Positions 19,152 to 20,578 of a DNA stretch of 20,578 nucleotides are shown here, piece after piece; positions within the stretch are counted from its first letter, which is position 1, and each line of letters opens with the position of its first letter. The DNA is from Rotaria sp. (lineage: Eukaryota). The notes under the pieces are model-generated. The model searched no databases. It saw nothing but the letters and a program-made list of their open reading frames with translations, and was not told the DNA's origin. The stretch lies in assembly GCA_905250055.1 (NCBI GenBank), contig CAJNOF010001387.1, forward strand, positions 1 to 20,578. The letters run 5' to 3'. The position numbers and the translations under genes are program-made.

Positions 19152-20491
19152 ACTTTGACATTCGAAATGATATTATAATTCAGAATATTTCTTTTTAACG
19201 TTTTTTTCTTCTTATATTGATTACATATTCGAAATAAAATTTTAAACAAAAATATCAAGATTTTTCCAAAATAGATATAGACTACAGATATGTAAATTTA
19301 ATCAATGTAGACTATCGTAAAAAAAAATTATGCTTCATTTTTCCTCATGTCACGATCATATGAATCATCAACAAAAAGAGAATAATAGGATGATTATGAA
19401 ATACAATACTTGGAAACAGTTGCTCACTACATTCATATCCTTTAAAAAACCATTATTTATATTTAACCGTCAAAATTATAACATTTACTATAAAATCATT
19501 TATTTACTAATATTTACATTGTGTTCAGAATACTAAACTAACTTGTTTCTTATTAGTAATTACCATTGTTCGTCTGTCTTGCAGGCATCTACAAAACGAA
19601 TGTATTTGCCTATATTACTTGACGATAATATTGATACATTTTTATTTTCTTTGCATCCCTAATATAAAAGTACAGCCACTAACTAAACAGTTGACACATT
19701 CTCATGTCTAGTAAAATTCGTTATTGAATTGGGCAATTTTTCATATGATAAATAACAATAAACTGGTTACATCAATTTAGAAATGTCTGTAGATATAGTT
19801 GTTAGAGCTTCAGTGTTTCTTCAATACTTATCATACCTACATTTTCATAAATAGTTTAGATAATTTTTATAATACGTAATGCTCAATACGGCATAAAAAG
19901 TAATCAGAAATAATGTAAAACGATAAGTTTTATAATGACGAAATAACAAATATTTTAAGTAACACACGTGTTCGAAAAATGAATCGTATTGAAGTTCTCA
20001 AAGTGGAAATTCAATAGTGATTTATATTTCAAATTACATTGGATTGGTTCGAAGTCTAGATTGTGCACTTGCAGTAATTCATATTCGTATACTTTTAGAA
20101 AAAAGAAATACTTTCCAGTGATGATATGATACAATTTCTTGTTCAATCTTTATATTTAAAAAAAGATGATATGTCAAATATATCAGTGAAACATAGTAAT
20201 AGCAATCTATTTTTAATGATCTTCATGCCATTTATGTGAAAGGGACCAAAGCAATACCATCCTTACAATTATGCAGTAACATTTCTGTGATTTGCTATTA
20301 TTTATTCATAAACTTTGAATGATTATCAATTTTTCAGAACCAAAAACTTTCGACTGTTTGTGGATAGAATTTTTTTTCAACTGATTGGAATATCTTAAGT
20401 ATTCTATCTACAATGAATTCAACATATTTATAAAAGATTAGAAGACTATTTTAGTATATCTGATCATTATTTTGCAGTAAAATTTTCTTAC

Positions 20492-20578
20492 ACTACGCAA
20501 TTCAGACTTGTCTTTTATTTCAGATTTTTCTTTTTCAATAGTATCACAATAATGATTTGTGTATTCTTCTAACGACTA
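20492..20578 (-). CDS. Possible partial exon of a minus-strand gene entering from beyond the right edge
   Basis: The minus-strand reading SLEEYTNHYCDTIEKEKSEIKDKSELRS is followed by a GTAAGA donor (plus 20486-20491). Downstream exons were not resolved. Confidence 0.2.

Noticed and set aside
19330-19536. ORF 19330..19536 and minus ORF 19955..20146
   Set aside because: Low-complexity, AT-driven translations (NYNIYYKIIYLLIF and similar) with no splice-site logic. They are treated as intergenic or 3' flank.
1-20578. Prokaryotic-style features (operons, RBS-led ORFs, CRISPR arrays, defence islands)
   Set aside because: The sequence shows eukaryotic split genes with GT-AG introns of about 50 bp, TATA boxes and telomeric repeats. 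The six-frame ORF track mostly reports exon fragments plus intron read-through, and several of its M starts are TTG/CTG codons. There are no direct-repeat/spacer arrays.

Overview
This window is eukaryotic nuclear DNA, not prokaryotic. It is AT-rich (about 68 percent) and holds multi-exon genes on the + strand. Most introns are 45-65 bp with GTAAGT/GTATGT donors and a pyrimidine-AG acceptor. The first 84 nt are an irregular (CCCACA)n array. This is the C-strand of the TGTGGG telomeric repeat reported for bdelloid rotifers (it also resembles yeast C1-3A). The compact genes and short introns fit a bdelloid-like, probably subtelomeric, contig. No CRISPR arrays, operons, rRNA genes or convincing tRNA genes are present.

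Main content, in order along the window:
(1) A minus-strand ORF at 74-346 reads directly into the telomeric repeat, consistent with a gene truncated at a healed chromosome end.
(2) A complete 17-exon gene at 844-7887 (+) encodes a vault-PARP (PARP4)-like protein of about 1379 aa with BRCT, PARP helical, PARP catalytic, VIT and vWA domains. Its only long intron (1.9 kb) contains a composite TE-like insertion.
(3) A roughly 340-bp near-perfect hairpin lies at 8618-8958, immediately upstream of the next gene.
(4) A multi-exon + strand gene at 9020-14499 encodes an acidic and proline-rich low-complexity protein. Its introns carry GTAC-rich repeats.
(5) An Hsp70 substrate-binding-domain-only coding region at 14557-16099 has no ATPase domain anywhere in the window. 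It is splice-phase compatible with being the 3' continuation of the proline-rich gene.
(6) A 5-exon gene at 17247-19151 (+), with a TATA box at 17184, encodes about five UBA/CUE-like helical repeats fused to a YacP/Rae1-type NYN nuclease domain.
(7) A possible minus-strand exon enters at the right edge (20492-20578).

All exon coordinates come from manual splice-site and phase tracking and are approximate. Nothing here was confirmed by database search.
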